Positions 22,634 to 37,210 of a DNA stretch of 64,000 nucleotides are shown one piece after another. This DNA comes from Eledone cirrhosa (Eukaryota): NCBI GenBank assembly GCA_964016885.1, contig OZ024747.1:8308001-8372000 (forward strand), written 5' to 3'. Each line of letters begins with the position of its first letter. The first letter of the stretch is position 1. A program made the translations under genes and the position numbers. The notes under the pieces were generated by a model. The model saw only the letters and a program-made list of their open reading frames with translations, was not told where the DNA came from and ran no database searches.

Positions 22634-25439
22634 TATACATACATATATATGTATGTATAAATGTATATATATATATATGTATAAATGTATATATGTATAT
22701 ATATATATACATACAAATATATATATATGTGTGTGTGTATATATATATAGTATGTTATATATATATATAATATATATACATATATATGTATGTATAAATG
22801 TATATATATATATGTATAAATGTATATATGTATGTATATATATACATACAAATATATATATATGTGTGTGTGTGTATATATATATAGTATGTTATATATA
22901 TATATATAATATGTATGTATATGCATACACAATAGTTGTTTTCTTGAATAACAGTTTGGTTGTCTTCAGCATTTCTCATACTTTATGGAAATGGCTGAGC
23001 TCAATCACATGCTTTGTTCAACTTGTGAAGGCATAACCTTATAAAGAATCATCTGCTACTGTCATATTAAACATTGTAATTTGTGTGAGGCAAAGCTTTT
23101 AATATCTGCATCACATGAAGATAATGATGAGAGCAAAAGTAGTTTATATGCTGCCTCATATATATAAAATGATTCAACAAGATATTATGACTAATAAAGT
23201 TAAACTCTATAGAAAAATCAAGCTTTGTGCTTTCGTTTCCAATCTGAATTCTAATACTACTTCGTTTCACAACAATTTCAAGAATAGACAGTTTTCTCAC
23301 CGTATCTATATTGAAGCGGTAAGCTAGAATTAGATTTTAATCTTAGGTTTTCCTTCTTCTTCTTTTTCTTCTTCGTTTCTTTCTTCACCATCTAGAATGT
23401 TCCATAAGAAGCTATTATTTCTTACGATACATTTAGACATCACTGCAGTGGTAACATGATAAATTTTGATTCTAATATTGATTTTTAGCACTGACGCAAA
23501 TGCCATAAATTTGAAGACGGACAGAGCTGGTACCTGGCTATTTAGTGCACTAGGCTAGCATTAAAATGTCTGCCCCCTTCTCTCAGTTATGTGCCTCATT
23601 CTCATAAACAAAACCAATTTCAACTTACAATTTGGCAAGTTGATAAAGCTAGTTTTTGGCAGTTCTTACTCTCACTGCACTAAGAAAACTACTAAGCCTG
23701 CCTTTTGCACTACACAGTCAACACTCACCCACACCAAATCATGTGACAGATCATAACAACTTATGAACCTCTCCATTGTTTTGGATATTTCCACAATGCT
23801 GCTATGAAGCAAAAATGTTTAATGATTAATTTCTTGATCACAGGAAATTATTTTATATTATATTTAATTATACAAATATGTATAAAACTCGTTCAGTAAT
23901 GTGCCTCTCTGTGGTCTGCATCCTAGGCAGCCCTCCTCCAATAAAGTTTACAGACTCCTGCTTTATATTATGAGGGTCAGCTGGCTGAAAAGTTCACAGG
24001 CTGACCAAGATACTCTAATGGAATGACCAAATGAGATTTATTTTTCAACATATGAAAATAATCAAGAATTTGGAGGGACTTAGTGGTTTCACTAACTTTC
24101 TTATAACTTAGCAAAAGTTTTTACATAAAATTATGCTTTCTGATTTATGCACAAGGCCAACAATTTTGTGGGGAGGGGAAAGTCGATTGAATTGACCCCA
24201 ATGTATTACTGGTGCTTTATCGTATCAACCCAGTAAGGATGAAAGGGTTCTTACATAAAATTATGTTGGAAGGTTTTTAAATAAATATAAACACTTTAAT
24301 ATATATCATAGAAACAGGGTCGATTTCAGGCTGATCAGTATCAAAACAACTAACAACTCTTCTAATTCAAAATAAAGATATTTCTTACATACTGAAAAAT
24401 ACTGAAATCATTTTAATACATTTCTACAAAAACAGAAAATGCTATAAAAATGAAAACTAAAAAGAAAAAAAAAAACTGTAGATAGAAAGGAAAAAAAAAA
24501 GGCTATCATAGTGGGGTTGTATTTTCTTTTTTTAAATAACAATAATCATCCTCCCTCATCTGGTCAACAATTATCTCATAGATGTCATTTATTCTTTTAT
24601 GCTAAATTACAAAGCTTAACTTACAAAAGAGAAAAAAAAAATACAAAAAAAAATGGTCAATTTTTAGAAATGTTCATGTGAAGTCAAGATGCATGACCAG
24701 AGCCATGCTGTGTTGTTCTCTCTATGTTACAGCACATTTATTTATTAATATCTTTAAACTTCTCTCCTTTTGTACAGGAACAATACAGGGATAAATTAGA
24801 CATATATATGCTTCATTGTCAGCTTGATCGACAACTTTTCTTTCAAAAGAAATTAATGAACACGTGATCGTTCCAAATTTCTTTTTTCTACTTCTCAATA
24901 AGCAGCTCAGTAATTATTCAGGGAGGTGTATCTGTTATCTATTATAGAACTTCTGTGTCATAGCAATCACCTGCACAGTAGTTATAGGGAAATTTTTTAC
25001 ATTTTATTTTTTGCTAACTTTTTTTTTTCTATTTCCTTCTTTTCCTCCACATAACGTAGATATGCCCATACAAACATAACCGTACTTGTGTATAATGAAT
25101 AGCATTGCAGGTGGTTCACTGGTTGTATGATATGGAAAGATGATAGAAAAGCAGCCAAGAAGAGAAAGAGATAAATATTTGTGGTAAATAAATTGAAAGA
25201 CAAAATAGCAGTTCTCAATCATGTAGATATGGCAGGTAAATGTTTAAACATTTATGTTCCTTTCTACAGCACAGTAGAAGTGGTGAGAGCAGATCTTACA
25301 ATTTTGAACTTTAGGTAGAGATAGGCTGAGAAAAACATAGACAGAAGGAGAAGATAAAGGAATGCAATAAGTGGAGAGGTACTGTGTCAGTAAAAACCTG
25401 TTCACCCAATGGAAAAGCAGATATAAAATGATGATGGTG

Positions 25440-25722
25440 ATGATGATGATATTGTCCTTGGGATGAGTCCAATGAAGAGAATGACTGGCAGACAAACAAC
25501 AGAAAGGTGAAGATATGCCAAAAGATCCTAATGGAAGAAAGCTGAGGAAGACCAAGAAAGACCTGGGCATTTGTGGTGAGAGCTGATCTCAAAACACTGA
25601 ACCTCACAGAAGAGATGACAAACGAACACAAGTGAAGGGAGGCTGTTGTGGAAAAGATCCATCCAACCCAACCTAAGCATGAAAATACAGGCATAAAAGA
25701 ACGGTGATGACAATGATGATGA
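25440..25722 (+). mobile_element. Degraded RTE-like 3' fragment
   Basis: GGAAGACCAAGAAAGACCTGG (GRPRKTW) and ...GAACGGTGATGA tail. Confidence 0.55.
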
Positions 25723-25768
25723 TAAGTGTACAGAAACTCACTCACATCATATAACATAGATTATATTA

Positions 25769-25890
25769 TATGAGAGTCGGCTGAAAAATTCATAGGCTGA
25801 CCAAGATACTCTCATGGAATGACCAAATGAGGTTTATTTTTCAACATAGTCCCTGGAAAGAAACAATTAATAAGAAGAGTTGAAATTAAT
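25769..25890 (+). mobile_element. Mariner-like MITE left part (also 23970-24052)
   Basis: TA-TGAGAGTCGGCTGAAAAATTCATAGGCTGACCAAGATACTCTC, same family as 60694-61097. Confidence 0.65.
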
Positions 25891-26039
25891 GTATGCAAGT
25901 TACTCTGGAGTTTCACCTGTTTATCACAGGGTCATTAATACTGAAGTAGTTTGATGACTCACCACTCTACTTCAATATTGAGTACTCTTTTCTCTCAACT
26001 GTCAACCACATATGGATATATACACATATATATATATAT

Positions 26040-26363
26040 GTACTACCCCCACCTCATCCACACCACCCCTTTCAATGTAAAGTTATGTTGGTACCACAAC
26101 ATCCAGCCCGAAACAAATGAGGCCGTGTAGGTGTCACAACAAAAAAACACACAGTCCACGCTATAATGTGGCCGTGTAGGTAAAAACCTCCCAGTTCCAC
26201 ACTGTAAACATGGTTGGTGTTAGGAAGGGCATCCAGCCGTAGAAAACCCGCCAGACAGTCCTATTCGAGCAAGACAACCACTCTTGCCTCAAGTGGGAAA
26301 ACTCCCGTCCAAACCCATGCGAGCGTGGAATATGGACGTTAAACGAAGATGATGATGATGATG
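26040..26363 (+). mobile_element. RTE subfamily 2 3' UTR
   Basis: Matches 63750-64000; (GAT)n tail. Confidence 0.8.
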
Positions 26364-26798
26364 TATGTATATATATATATGTATATATGTGTGTGTGTGC
26401 ATATATGTATATATATAAGTTGTTCCACAACAGTTAATTCACCATTTTCGAGAACAATTGTTCCACCTTAGTTGGATCATCAGTTCGGTTTAACTGTTCT
26501 GGAACTACTTCTACCAAACTCGTCCCATGGGCTGACTGCTCTACTACTATGGATATGACCCACTAGTGTTCTACTATTATATATATATAATCATCATCAT
26601 CATCATCATCATATATATGAATATGTGTATGTATATATATATGTGTGTGTGTGTGTGTGTATGTATATATATATGTGTGTGTATGTATATATATATGTGT
26701 GTGTGTATGTATATATATGTGTGTGTGTGTGTGTGTATGTATATATATATATGTGTGTATGTATATATATATATATATGTGTCTGTGTATGTATATAT

Positions 26799-26876
<78 letters not shown>

Positions 26877-26962
26877 ATGTATATATATGTGTGTGTATGT
26901 ATATATATATATATGTGTCTGTGTATGTATATATATATATATGTGTCTGTGTATGTATATAT

Positions 26963-27058
<96 letters not shown>

Positions 27059-27075
27059 ATGTATATATATATATG

Positions 27076-27120
<45 letters not shown>

Positions 27121-27151
27121 GTAGTTTGTTATATTTAATTTCAACAAGTCA

Positions 27152-27480
27152 TGGAGGTACATGGCTTAGTGATTAGAGCATTGGCCTTGCAATCGAAAGG
27201 TTGTGAGTTCAATTCTCAGAACAGGTGATGTGTTGTTTCCTTGAGCAAGACACTTTATTTCACATTGCTCCAGTTTACTCAGCTGTAGAAATGAGATGAT
27301 AGGGACTGGTGTCCATATCATTCCACTGTAAAGTGGACGTGTAGGTGCCACGGAAAAAAAGCACCCAGCACTCACTGTAAATGAGGTTGGTGTTAGGAAG
27401 GGCATCCAGCTGTAGAAATCAAGCCAGAATCAGTTCCCGTCCCACCCTTGCAAGCAGGGAAAAGCGGACGTAAAATGAAA
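27152..27480 (+). mobile_element. SINE family A
   Basis: Full-length copy. Confidence 0.88.
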
Positions 27481-27682
27481 TGAAATGAATGAATGAAGTC
27501 AACTCTAAAATTACTGCTGTGCTCTGGAGTAATTCCTTATTAGCTAGCTCCAATATAAAAAGACAAATAGTTTATCCTTTATTTCTAGTTTTAATCTACA
27601 TACTGTGTGATATTGATTCAGCTTGGGTAATTACTAAAAGAATGTCTTTAGCTGTCTCAGGCCGTTTGAGAAAGGTAGCTCT

Positions 27683-29994
27683 GGTGGTGGTGGTGGTTGT
27701 GGTAGTGGTGGTGGTGGTAGTAGTGGTAGTGGTGGTCGTGGTGGTGGTGGTGGTGGTGGTGGTGGTGGTGGTAGTAGCGGTGGTGGTGTTGGTGGTAGTG
27801 GTGGTGGTGGTAGTAGTGGTGGTGATGGTTGTGGTGGTGGTTGTGGGGTGGTAGTGGTGGTGGTGGTGTCGGTGGGGGTGGTGGTAGTGGTAGTGGTGGT
27901 GGTGGTGGTGGTAGTGGTGGTGGTGGTGTTGGTGGTAGTGGTGGGTGTGGTGGGTGTGGGGGTAGTAGTGGTGGTGGTGGTGGTGGTGGTGGTGGTAGTA
28001 GTGATGGTGGTGGTGGTGATAGTGGTGGTGGTGGTAGTATTAGAAGTGAAGGTCATGGTAGTAGTAGTGGTGGTGGTGTTGGTGGTAGTGGTGGGTGTGG
28101 GTGTAGTAGTGGTGGTGATGGTTGTGGTGGTGGTTGTGGGGGTGGGGATGGGGGTGGGCGTGGTAGTGGTAGTGGTAGTGGTGGTGGTTGTGTTGGTGGT
28201 AGTGGTGGTGGTTGTGTTGGTGGTAGTGGTGGTGGTGGTGGTAGTGGTAGTGGTGGTGGTGGTGGTAGTGGTGGTGGTGGTGGTGGTGGTGGTAGTGGTG
28301 GTTGTGGTGGTGGTGTTGGTGGTAGTGGTGGGTGTGGGGGTAGTAGTGGTGGTGGTGGTAGTGGTGGTGGTAGTGGTAGTGGTGGTGGTGGTGGTGGTGG
28401 TAGTAGTGGTGGTGGTGGTGATAGTGGTGGTGGTGGTAGTATTAGAAGTGATGGTGGTGGTAGTAGTAGTGGTGATGGTGGTTGTAGTAGTAGTGGTGAT
28501 GGTGGTGGTAGTATTAGTGGTGATGGTAGAAGTAGTAGTAGTAGTAGCAGTAGCAGCAGCAGTAGTTGTAGTGGTAGTAGTAGTAATAGTAGTAGTAGTA
28601 GTAGCAGTAGCAGCAGCAGTAGTTGTAGTGGTAGTAGTAGTAATAGCAGTAGTAGCAGCAGCAGTAGCAGCAACAGCAGTAGCAGCAGCAGTAGTTGTAG
28701 TGGTAGTAGTAGTAATAGTAGTAGTAGTGGTAGCAGCAGCAGTAGTAGTAGTAGCAGTAGCAGCAGCAGCAGTAGCAGTAGCAGCAGCAGCAGCAGCAGC
28801 AGTAGTAGCAGCAGCAGTAGCAGCAGCAGCAGTAGCAGCAGCAGTAGCAGCAGTAGTAGCAGTAATAATAGCAGTAGTAGTAGTAGCAGTAGTAGCAGTA
28901 GCAGCAGTAGCAGCAGCAGCAGCAGTAGTAGCAGCAGCAGCAGCAGCAGTAGCAGCAGTAGTAGCAGCAGCAGTAGCAGCAACAGCAGTAGCAGTAGTAG
29001 TAGTAGTAGTAGCAGTAGTAGCAGTAGTAGCAGTAGTAGTAGTAGCAGTAGTAGCAGTAGTAGTAGTAGTAGTAGTAGTAGCAGTAGTAGTAGTAGTAGC
29101 AGTAGTAGCAGTAGTAGTAGTAGCAGTAGCAGCAGTAGCAGCAGTAGCAGTAGCAGCAGCAGCAGCAGTAGCAGCAGCAGTAGCAGTAGCAGTAGTAGTA
29201 GTAGCAGTAGTAGTAGTAGTAGTAGTAGCAGTAGTAGTAGTAGTAGCAGTAGCAGCAGCAGTAGTAGTAGCAGTAGTAGCAGTAGCAGTAGTAGTAGTAG
29301 CAGTAGCAGTAGTAGCAGTAGTAGCAGCAGCAGTAGTAGTAGCAGTAGTAGCAGTAGTAGTAGTAGCAGTAGCAGTAGTAGCAGTAGCAGCAGCAGTAGC
29401 AGTAGCAGTAGTAGTAGTAGTAGCAGTAGTAGTAGTAGCAGTAGTAGTAGCAGTAGTAGCAGCAGCAGTAGCAGCAACAGCAGTAGCAGTAGTAGTAGTA
29501 GTAGCAGTAGTAGCAGTAGCAGCAGCAGCAGTAGTAGCAGTAGTAGTAGCAGTAGTAGCAGTAGTAGCAGTAGCAATAGCAGCAGTAGTAGCAGTAGTAG
29601 TAGCAGTAGTAGCAGTAGTAGCAGTAGTAGTAGCAGTAGTAGCAGTAGTAGCAGTAGCAGTAGTAGCAGTAGTAGTAGTAGCAGCAACAGCAGTAGCAGT
29701 AGCAGTAGTAGTAGTAGTAGTAGTAGCAGTAGTAGTAGCAGCAGTAGCAGCAGCAGCAGTAGTAGCAGCAGTAGCAGTAGTAGCAGCAGTAGCAGTAGTA
29801 GCAGTAGTAGTAGCAGTAGTAGCAGCAGCAGCAGCAGTAGCAGTAGCAGCAGTAGTAGCAGTAATAGCAGTAGTAGTAGTAGTAGTAGCAGCAGCAGTAG
29901 TAGCAGCAGCAGTAGCAGCAGCAGCAGCAGTAGCAGCAGCAGTAGCAGCAGTAGTAGCAGTAGCAGCAGCAACAGCAGCAGCAGCAGTAGTAGC

Positions 29995-30026
<32 letters not shown>

Positions 30027-30304
30027 TAGCAGCAGCAGTAGCAGCAGTAGTAGCAGTAATAGCAGTAGCAGCAGCAGTAGTAGTAGCAGGAGCAGCAGTA
30101 TCAGCAGCAGTAGTAGTAGCAGCAACAGCAGTAGCAGTAGTAGTAGCAGTAGCAGTAGTAGCAGTAGTAGTAGTAGCAGTAGCAGCAGTAGCAGCAGCAG
30201 TAGTACCAGCAGCAGTAGTACCAGTAGCAGTAGTACCAGCAGCAGTAGTAGTAGTAGCAGTAGCAGCAGTAGTAGCAGCAGTAGCAGTAGTAGCAGTAGT
30301 AGTA
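27683..30304. repeat. 2.6-kb trinucleotide tract, (GGT)n-rich grading into (AGT/AGC)n
   Basis: Direct reading; source of the 750-900 aa low-complexity ORFs. Confidence 0.97.
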
Positions 30305-30464
30305 GAATCAACCAATACCAACATGGTACGTAAAAGGTACACCATGACTTGTAAGACTTTTACAAGAAGACAATATTGTAATGTTGTTAACTTCCACTGT
30401 AAATTAGTCGTTAAATATTAATAAGTTTTCATTAAACCCTTATAATGGTTTATGATTTAGATAC

Positions 30465-30791
30465 GAGGGGAAAGGAAAGTCGATTAAATCGACTCCAATG
30501 CATTACTGGTACTTTATTTTATCGACCCCCGTAAGGATGAAAGGCAAAGTCAACCTCGGCGGGATTTGAGACTCAGAACATAAACCATTATAATGCCTTA
30601 TAAGGGCGGTGGATTGGCAGTATCGGTAGAGTGTCGGACGTCATGCTTTGCAGCATTGAGTTACAGCCCTTTATGATCTGAGTTCAAATCCCACCGAGGT
30701 TAACTTTGCCTTTCATCCTTACGGGGGTCGATAAAATAAAGTACCAGTAATACACTGGAGTAATTGCTGGCCTTGTGCCAAAAGTAGAAAC
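30465..30791. mobile_element. Head-to-head pair of SINE B copies (30465-30580 minus, 30603-30791 plus)
   Basis: About 90 nt of mutual reverse complement. Confidence 0.8.
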
Positions 30792-31871
30792 GAGTATGAT
30801 GTAGTCATTGGCATATGACAAATGTGAGTTTGATTCACACAAGTGGTTCTGTCCATCTCTAGTGGTTTATGTACCCATCTTTGATTATTTTATAGTTAAA
30901 TGTGTGTGTTAGCAGCTTGCAGTAACCTAACATACTTTGAAGATACATATCGAATATTTTTCAATGTTAATGTTTATTCTTTTTCAAGATTATTTCAGTG
31001 GATCCACTGACAACAAAATTGTGTGACACTCTTTCTTATTAACTAGACAAAGGTTTGAGTAAATTGGTATGAGATCTTTATGGATATGTGTTATCAGCAC
31101 CACTGAGTTGACCCAAGGTTACAGAACATGCCATTCACCCAAGATGGCATGCAGTGGGATTAAACCTGAGACCTGAGGATTGTGAAGAAGATTTCTTTAC
31201 CATTTGATCATGCTGTGTCCACAGTTACTCATCAACAAACTAAACATAAAAGTCGAAATTCTCTCATCATAATTTACTATGTCTGATCTCCCTGCTAGCA
31301 TGGGTTAGATGGGTTGTCACAGACCAAGTCAGAACATAGTCAATGCCATTAACCTCTCAGACAGGCCTCAGGTTTAATCCCACTGCATGGCATCTTGGGC
31401 AAATGTCATGTACCATGACCTTGGGAATGAAATTGGGTAAATGGAAACTGTTTGGGAGCCCATCAGATGGACTGTACCTGTAATTCAAAGGGCCAGTCTT
31501 GTCACATGAATCTCCCTGAGAGTTACATTAAGGGTACACCTCTTTGTGGAATACTCAGCCTGCTACACTGAAATTCAAAGGGCCACCCTTGTCATAATGA
31601 ATCTCCCTGAGAGTTACATTAAGGGTACACCTCTTTGTGGAATACTCAGCCCACTACACTGAAATTCAAAGGGCCACCCTTGTCATAATGAATCACCCTG
31701 AGAATTACACTAAGAGTGCAAGTGTCTGGGGAATGCTCAGTCACTTACATGTGAAATTACACCAGTGGTACCATTGATAGAACAATTGGAAACTAATGGA
31801 AGTTCAATACATGCTCATGTGTCTAACTATTTCAACCACTGTCACATGATTTGGTTTTGTCAATTTAAATA

Positions 31872-31990
31872 CATGTAACAACACCCTCTCTCTCTCTCAC
31901 TACACACTTCTCTCTCTCTCTCTCTCTCTCACTACACACTTCTCTCAAGTTTACTACATGTGACACCTCCCTATCTCTCTCTCACTACAC

Positions 31991-32026
<36 letters not shown>

Positions 32027-32083
32027 ACACACTTCTCTCAAGTTTACTACATGTGACACCTCCCTATCTCTCTCTCACTACAC

Positions 32084-32119
<36 letters not shown>

Positions 32120-32354
32120 ACACACTTCTCTCAAGTTTACTACATGTGACACCTCCCTATCTCTCTCTCACTACACACTTCTCTCTCTCTCTCTCTCTCT
32201 CTCTCACTACACACTTCTCTCAAGTTTACTACATGTGACACCTCCCTATCTCTCTCTCACTACACACTTCTCTCTCTCTCTCTCTCTCTCTCTCACTACA
32301 CACTTCTCTCAAGTTTACTACATGTGACACCTCCCTATCTCTCTCTCACTACAC

Positions 32355-32388
<34 letters not shown>

Positions 32389-32872
32389 ACACACTTCTCT
32401 CAAGTTTACTACATGTAACAACACCCTCTCTCTCTCTCACTACACACTTCTCTCTCTCTCTCTCTCTCTCTCTCACTACACACTTCTCTCAAGTTTACTA
32501 CATGTGACACCTCCCTATCTCTCTCTCACTACACACTTCTCTCTCTCTCTCTCTCTCACTACACACTTCTCTCAAGTTTACTACATGTGACACCTCCCTA
32601 TCTCTCTCTCACTACACACTTCTCTCTCTCTCTCTCTCTCACTACACACTTCTCTCAAGTTTACTACATGTGACACCTCCCTATCTCTCTCTCACTACAC
32701 ACTTCTCTCTCTCTCTCTCTCTCACTACACACTTCTCTCAAGTTTACTACATGTGACACCTCCCTATCTCTCTCTCACTACACACTTCTCTCTCTCTCTC
32801 TCTCTCTCTCTCACTACACACTTCTCTCAAGTTTACTACATGTGACACCTCCCTATCTCTCTCTCACTACAC

Positions 32873-32908
<36 letters not shown>

Positions 32909-32960
32909 ACACACTTCTCTCAAGTTTACTACATGTGACACCTCCCTATCTCTGTCTCTC
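31872..32960. repeat. Minisatellite, about 12 units of 83-93 bp with an internal variable (CT)n
   Basis: CATGTGACACCTCCCTATCTCTCTCTCACTACACACTTC(TC)nACTACACACTTCTCTCAAGTTTACTA. Confidence 0.95.
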
Positions 32961-33140
32961 TCTCTCACACATACTCTCTCTTTCTCTCTCTATATCTCTC
33001 CCTCTCTCTTTATATCTCTCCCTCTCTCACTACACACATTTTTCAAGTTTAATGCATGTAACACCACACTCTCTCTCTCTCTTTCTCTTTCTATTTTGCC
33101 TTCTCTACACATTTGCCAATTTTAATACATGTAGCACCCC

Positions 33141-33195
<55 letters not shown>

Positions 33196-33484
33196 GACAC
33201 ATTGGAATGAAAAGTTGTTAGTTACTTGGGAATTTGTTATTTTACCTGGTCACTAATGTTAACCAAAGTGACTAAGTTATAAGCAGCTGTTTTTAATGTC
33301 CACTACATTACTGAAGTATACAATAAGAAACTTATACATTAACCATTCTGATACCAACATGGCCCAAACCAACTCTGATTTAACAAAACCACTTATTTTA
33401 AATGGCTCCTATTTAAAATAAAATCTTCCAACATAATTTTATGTAATAGGACCATATATTATGCTACTAATCTTAGTAATTAAA

Positions 33485-33676
33485 TAATTGTTTCTACTTT
33501 TGGCACAAGGCCAGCAATTATCCCAGTGTATTACTGGTACTTTATTTTATCAACCCTGTAAGGATGAAAGACAAAGTTAACCTCGGCGGGATTTGAACTC
33601 AGACCATAAAGGGCCGTAACTCTTTGCTGCAAAGCATGGCGTCCGACCCTCTACCGATACTGTCAATCCACCGCCC
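33485..33676 (-). mobile_element. SINE B nested in a P1 MITE (about 33340-33755)
   Basis: TSD TAGTAATTAAATAAT / TAGTAATGAAATAAT. Confidence 0.8.
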
Positions 33677-36600
33677 TAGTAATGAAATAATAGACAGTAG
33701 AAAGTCCCTTTAAATAGAACGTATTTCATTAGAAATATAGATATGAAAGAGTTAAGCGAATGTTTTAGATTTTAATGTTATATCCTTTAAATCTTCTTAT
33801 CACAAGGGGTTTACTAACATGGATAGCCGTACAGGGTGACTGTATTCTGGAAATATCTGTTTGAAATACTATATCTCATTAGAATGAACTTGTTTCTTTC
33901 TATATTTAATTTTCAGGATGGTAGTTTGTAAGATGGTTAGATTTCCTGACACAATTCCAGACAGTTTATTGCCTTTTAGCACCAATGAGTGGAAGGACAG
34001 ATTCAATTGCTTTTTCTCGTCAGACTGCCACCAAATTCTTCTGCTTTATGTATAGATCTGAATTTCTAATCGATTATTTTGCTTTCATCAACTCTCTTCT
34101 GATACTGGAATGTCTTCTATCTTTACAACCTATCTTCAAATCTTCTTAGTTTGCCATTTTTAACTCTTTCATTACCATATTTCTAATGAAAGACACTGTC
34201 TATGATTTTCAAATTATTTTGAAAATAATCAAAAATTTGGAGAAATATAATAAAATATTTAACTTTCTCATTATTAAGATTGTGTTTAGAACATAACAAC
34301 AAAAGTTCTTGCATAAAATTATGATGGAAGGTTTCCTAGATAAATATAAAATTTACACAACAAAAAGCACCCAGCCCACAAAGAGGTCATGTAGGTGTCA
34401 TGACAAAAAGCACCTACGCTTGGTTTCAGTCTCACTGCTTGGCCTTCTACTATAGTTTCAGGTTGTCTTACGAGGGAAATTTGGTAGACAGAAACTATGC
34501 AAAAACCTGTCATTTCTGTCACATTTCCCTCATAATATTTTGCATGTCTAAATACATCATTTAAGTTTGTTTATTATAAAAATATCTTTACATTTATATT
34601 ATAAATTTGCAAACTCTTGTATAATGAGGATAGTGACCTTATAGCTGAATCCGGGGGAGATTTAGAGGAAAAATCCAAGCATGGAAGAGAAATCTAGAAT
34701 GAAAAGAGCTAAAAATAAACAGAGATAAGAAAGGACCATAAGAATTAACAACATACTGGTTATGACCTGTGTACAAGCCTAAAACAGGATCTGACATGAT
34801 CCATCCACATATCTCCCCTACCACCTTCCACTATCATCCTTAGTAAGTAAACGTAACCTGACCTTATCCATCCTCACATCCCCACCTTCCACTATCACCC
34901 CATAGTAACCTCTATCCAGAATCATCTCCTTCTTCTTGAGTCAACTGATATCTTGAGGCAGTGGTGAGGCATTGATTATGTGTGAACTCCAGAGTTCTCA
35001 GCTAACCATTATATCTGTTCCTTTGAGGCCTATATCGATCTCAATGATTGATTTCAAAGTGATATACAGCTGGTCAATTCATTTCTTTGCATCTGGAGTC
35101 CAGAGGAGCAAGTGACATAGCTGACAAAGGCCAGATGATGATACTTCACAACATCAGAGATGTGAGCAGGGATCCATACAAAGACTTATTTGCTGGATGA
35201 TGTCTCCAGATGTTGTATGTCAAACATACCATTCTGGAGCATGTAACATTGAGTATCTTGCAGTGAACAGCATTCAACGTCCATAACACTCAACACTCCT
35301 GCTGACCATTGGCAATCACACTCTATCCAGTGTACCACACACACACTCCCATCCCATTCTATATTCCTCCCTCTAAAACCCTGATACCAGCCATAGCCCC
35401 TTGGTAGCTGGTAGCCCCCACAGCACCTCCTACACTGCTTGAAGTCACCCTTCCCATACCACTTCTCATCCTTCACTCTGTCAAATCCCTCAACACTTGG
35501 CACATAATATGACATATACCCCACCCCTGATCATAGGATAAAGAGGGCCTTTCAGTTGAACCAGTGCCATGAAACCTGCACCAAGTGCACCTTGTAAGGT
35601 GGTTGGTGATAAGAAGGGCATCACACTACAGAAACCATGCCAGAAGAGTAAAAAAGACTCTCTAGTTGTGACAGTGGCACAATAATTTCTTCTGGTGATC
35701 TAGATGATAAACATACCCAGTAGACTATGTAAAGTGGTTAAGGACACCCATCCACAGAAAGGTTGCCAAACAAGGAATCAGAAGGACTCTTCAATAGTGA
35801 TATAGACATGATAAACTTCCTAGTATTGGTATACTCGTCAGCTTTGTTAAATATGTGACAACTTCCCTGGTGTTGGTGCATATGATCATACATTGGGCCC
35901 CTGGCCTATTAGAACAATTAATAGAGTATAAGAACTTACAGTATATAAGGAGGATGTGTGCCCCTGGCTCATCAGGAGGTTAGTTACTTCACTTGAATAC
36001 TGGTCTGTGACAACACATCAAAGCTTTGCTAGCAGTGAAAATGGACATTAAATGAAGATGATATATTCATACATATATATATATATCATCATCATCATCA
36101 TCTTATACATATATATATATATATCTTACTCTCTCTCTCTCTCATTATATATATATACACACACACACACGCGCACAAACACATGTATATGTGTGTGCAT
36201 TTCTGTGTGTATATATATATATGAGTGTGTTTGTGTATATGTATATATGCATTACGCCTATTATATATATTGTAAGGCAATAACCTCATTATTTTTCAGT
36301 CTTGTACATTATTGATATCACAAGTCTAGTGAGAAAATTAACCCTGCAGTTCTTGAAGAGTAAGTAAATAAAAAAGAAAGTATAGAGTAAAAGCAACGAT
36401 TAAATGGTTGTATAAGTGAAAACTTTGTAATTACATATTCAAAAGCAAACTCATACACTAGATGATAAGAGAGTAGAAGGGTAGTTGAGTTATACACTGG
36501 AAGGTCTATAACATGTCTTGAAGAAGATGATAATATAGTAGAAGGGTAGCTAAGTTCAATAACCTTGCTGAACACCAATTTTATTTTCATTCATTCTTCT

Positions 36601-36705
36601 AATTGAACAAGCATAACAAAATCAATAGTTTTGTTTCCCCGGACAGCTACTCATAATTTTGCTCTCCTTGCTACAGCTACTACTGAATGCTATCATTATT
36701 ATTAT

Positions 36706-37210
36706 TGGCAGTGGATTGGCAGTATCGGTAGAGGGTCTGACACCATGCTTTGCAGCATAGAGTTACGGTCTTTTATGGTTTGAGTTCAAATCCCGCTGAG
36801 GTTGACTTTGCCTTTCATCCTTACGGGGGCGATAAAATAAAGTACCAGTAATGCACTGGAATAATTGCTGGCCTTGTGCCAAAAGTAGAAACAATTATTA
36901 TTATTGGCAGTATCAGTAGAGAGTCGTACCCCATGCTTTGCAGCATAGAGTTACGTCCTTTTCGGTCTGAGTTCAAATCCTGCCAAGGTTAACTTTGCCT
37001 TTCATCCTTATAGGGTCGATAAAATAAAGTACCAGTAATGCACTGGGATAATTGCTGGCCTTGTGCCAAAAGTAGAAACAATTATTATTATTATTATTGG
37101 CAGTCTCAGTAGAGTGTTGGACAACATGCTTAGTGGCATAGAGTTACGGTCATTTACGTTCTGAGTTCAAATCCCATCGAGGTTAGCTTTGCCTTTCATC
37201 CTTACAGGGT
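36706..37210 (+). mobile_element. Three tandem SINE B copies joined by (ATT)n
   Basis: Units start TTGGCAGT at about 36705, 36904 and 37097. Confidence 0.85.

Noticed and set aside
26448-26488. Active hammerhead on minus strand (CTGATGA-TCCA..TGGA-ACAATTGT)
   Set aside because: GAAA core deleted; counted only as a relic
27634-30421. 750-900 aa poly-T/A, G/S, V and L ORFs (mucin- or antifreeze-like)
   Set aside because: Pure trinucleotide repeat open in several frames on both strands
31872-32960. CRISPR-like repeat-spacer appearance
   Set aside because: Variable parts are only (CT)n length changes; eukaryotic minisatellite with no cas genes
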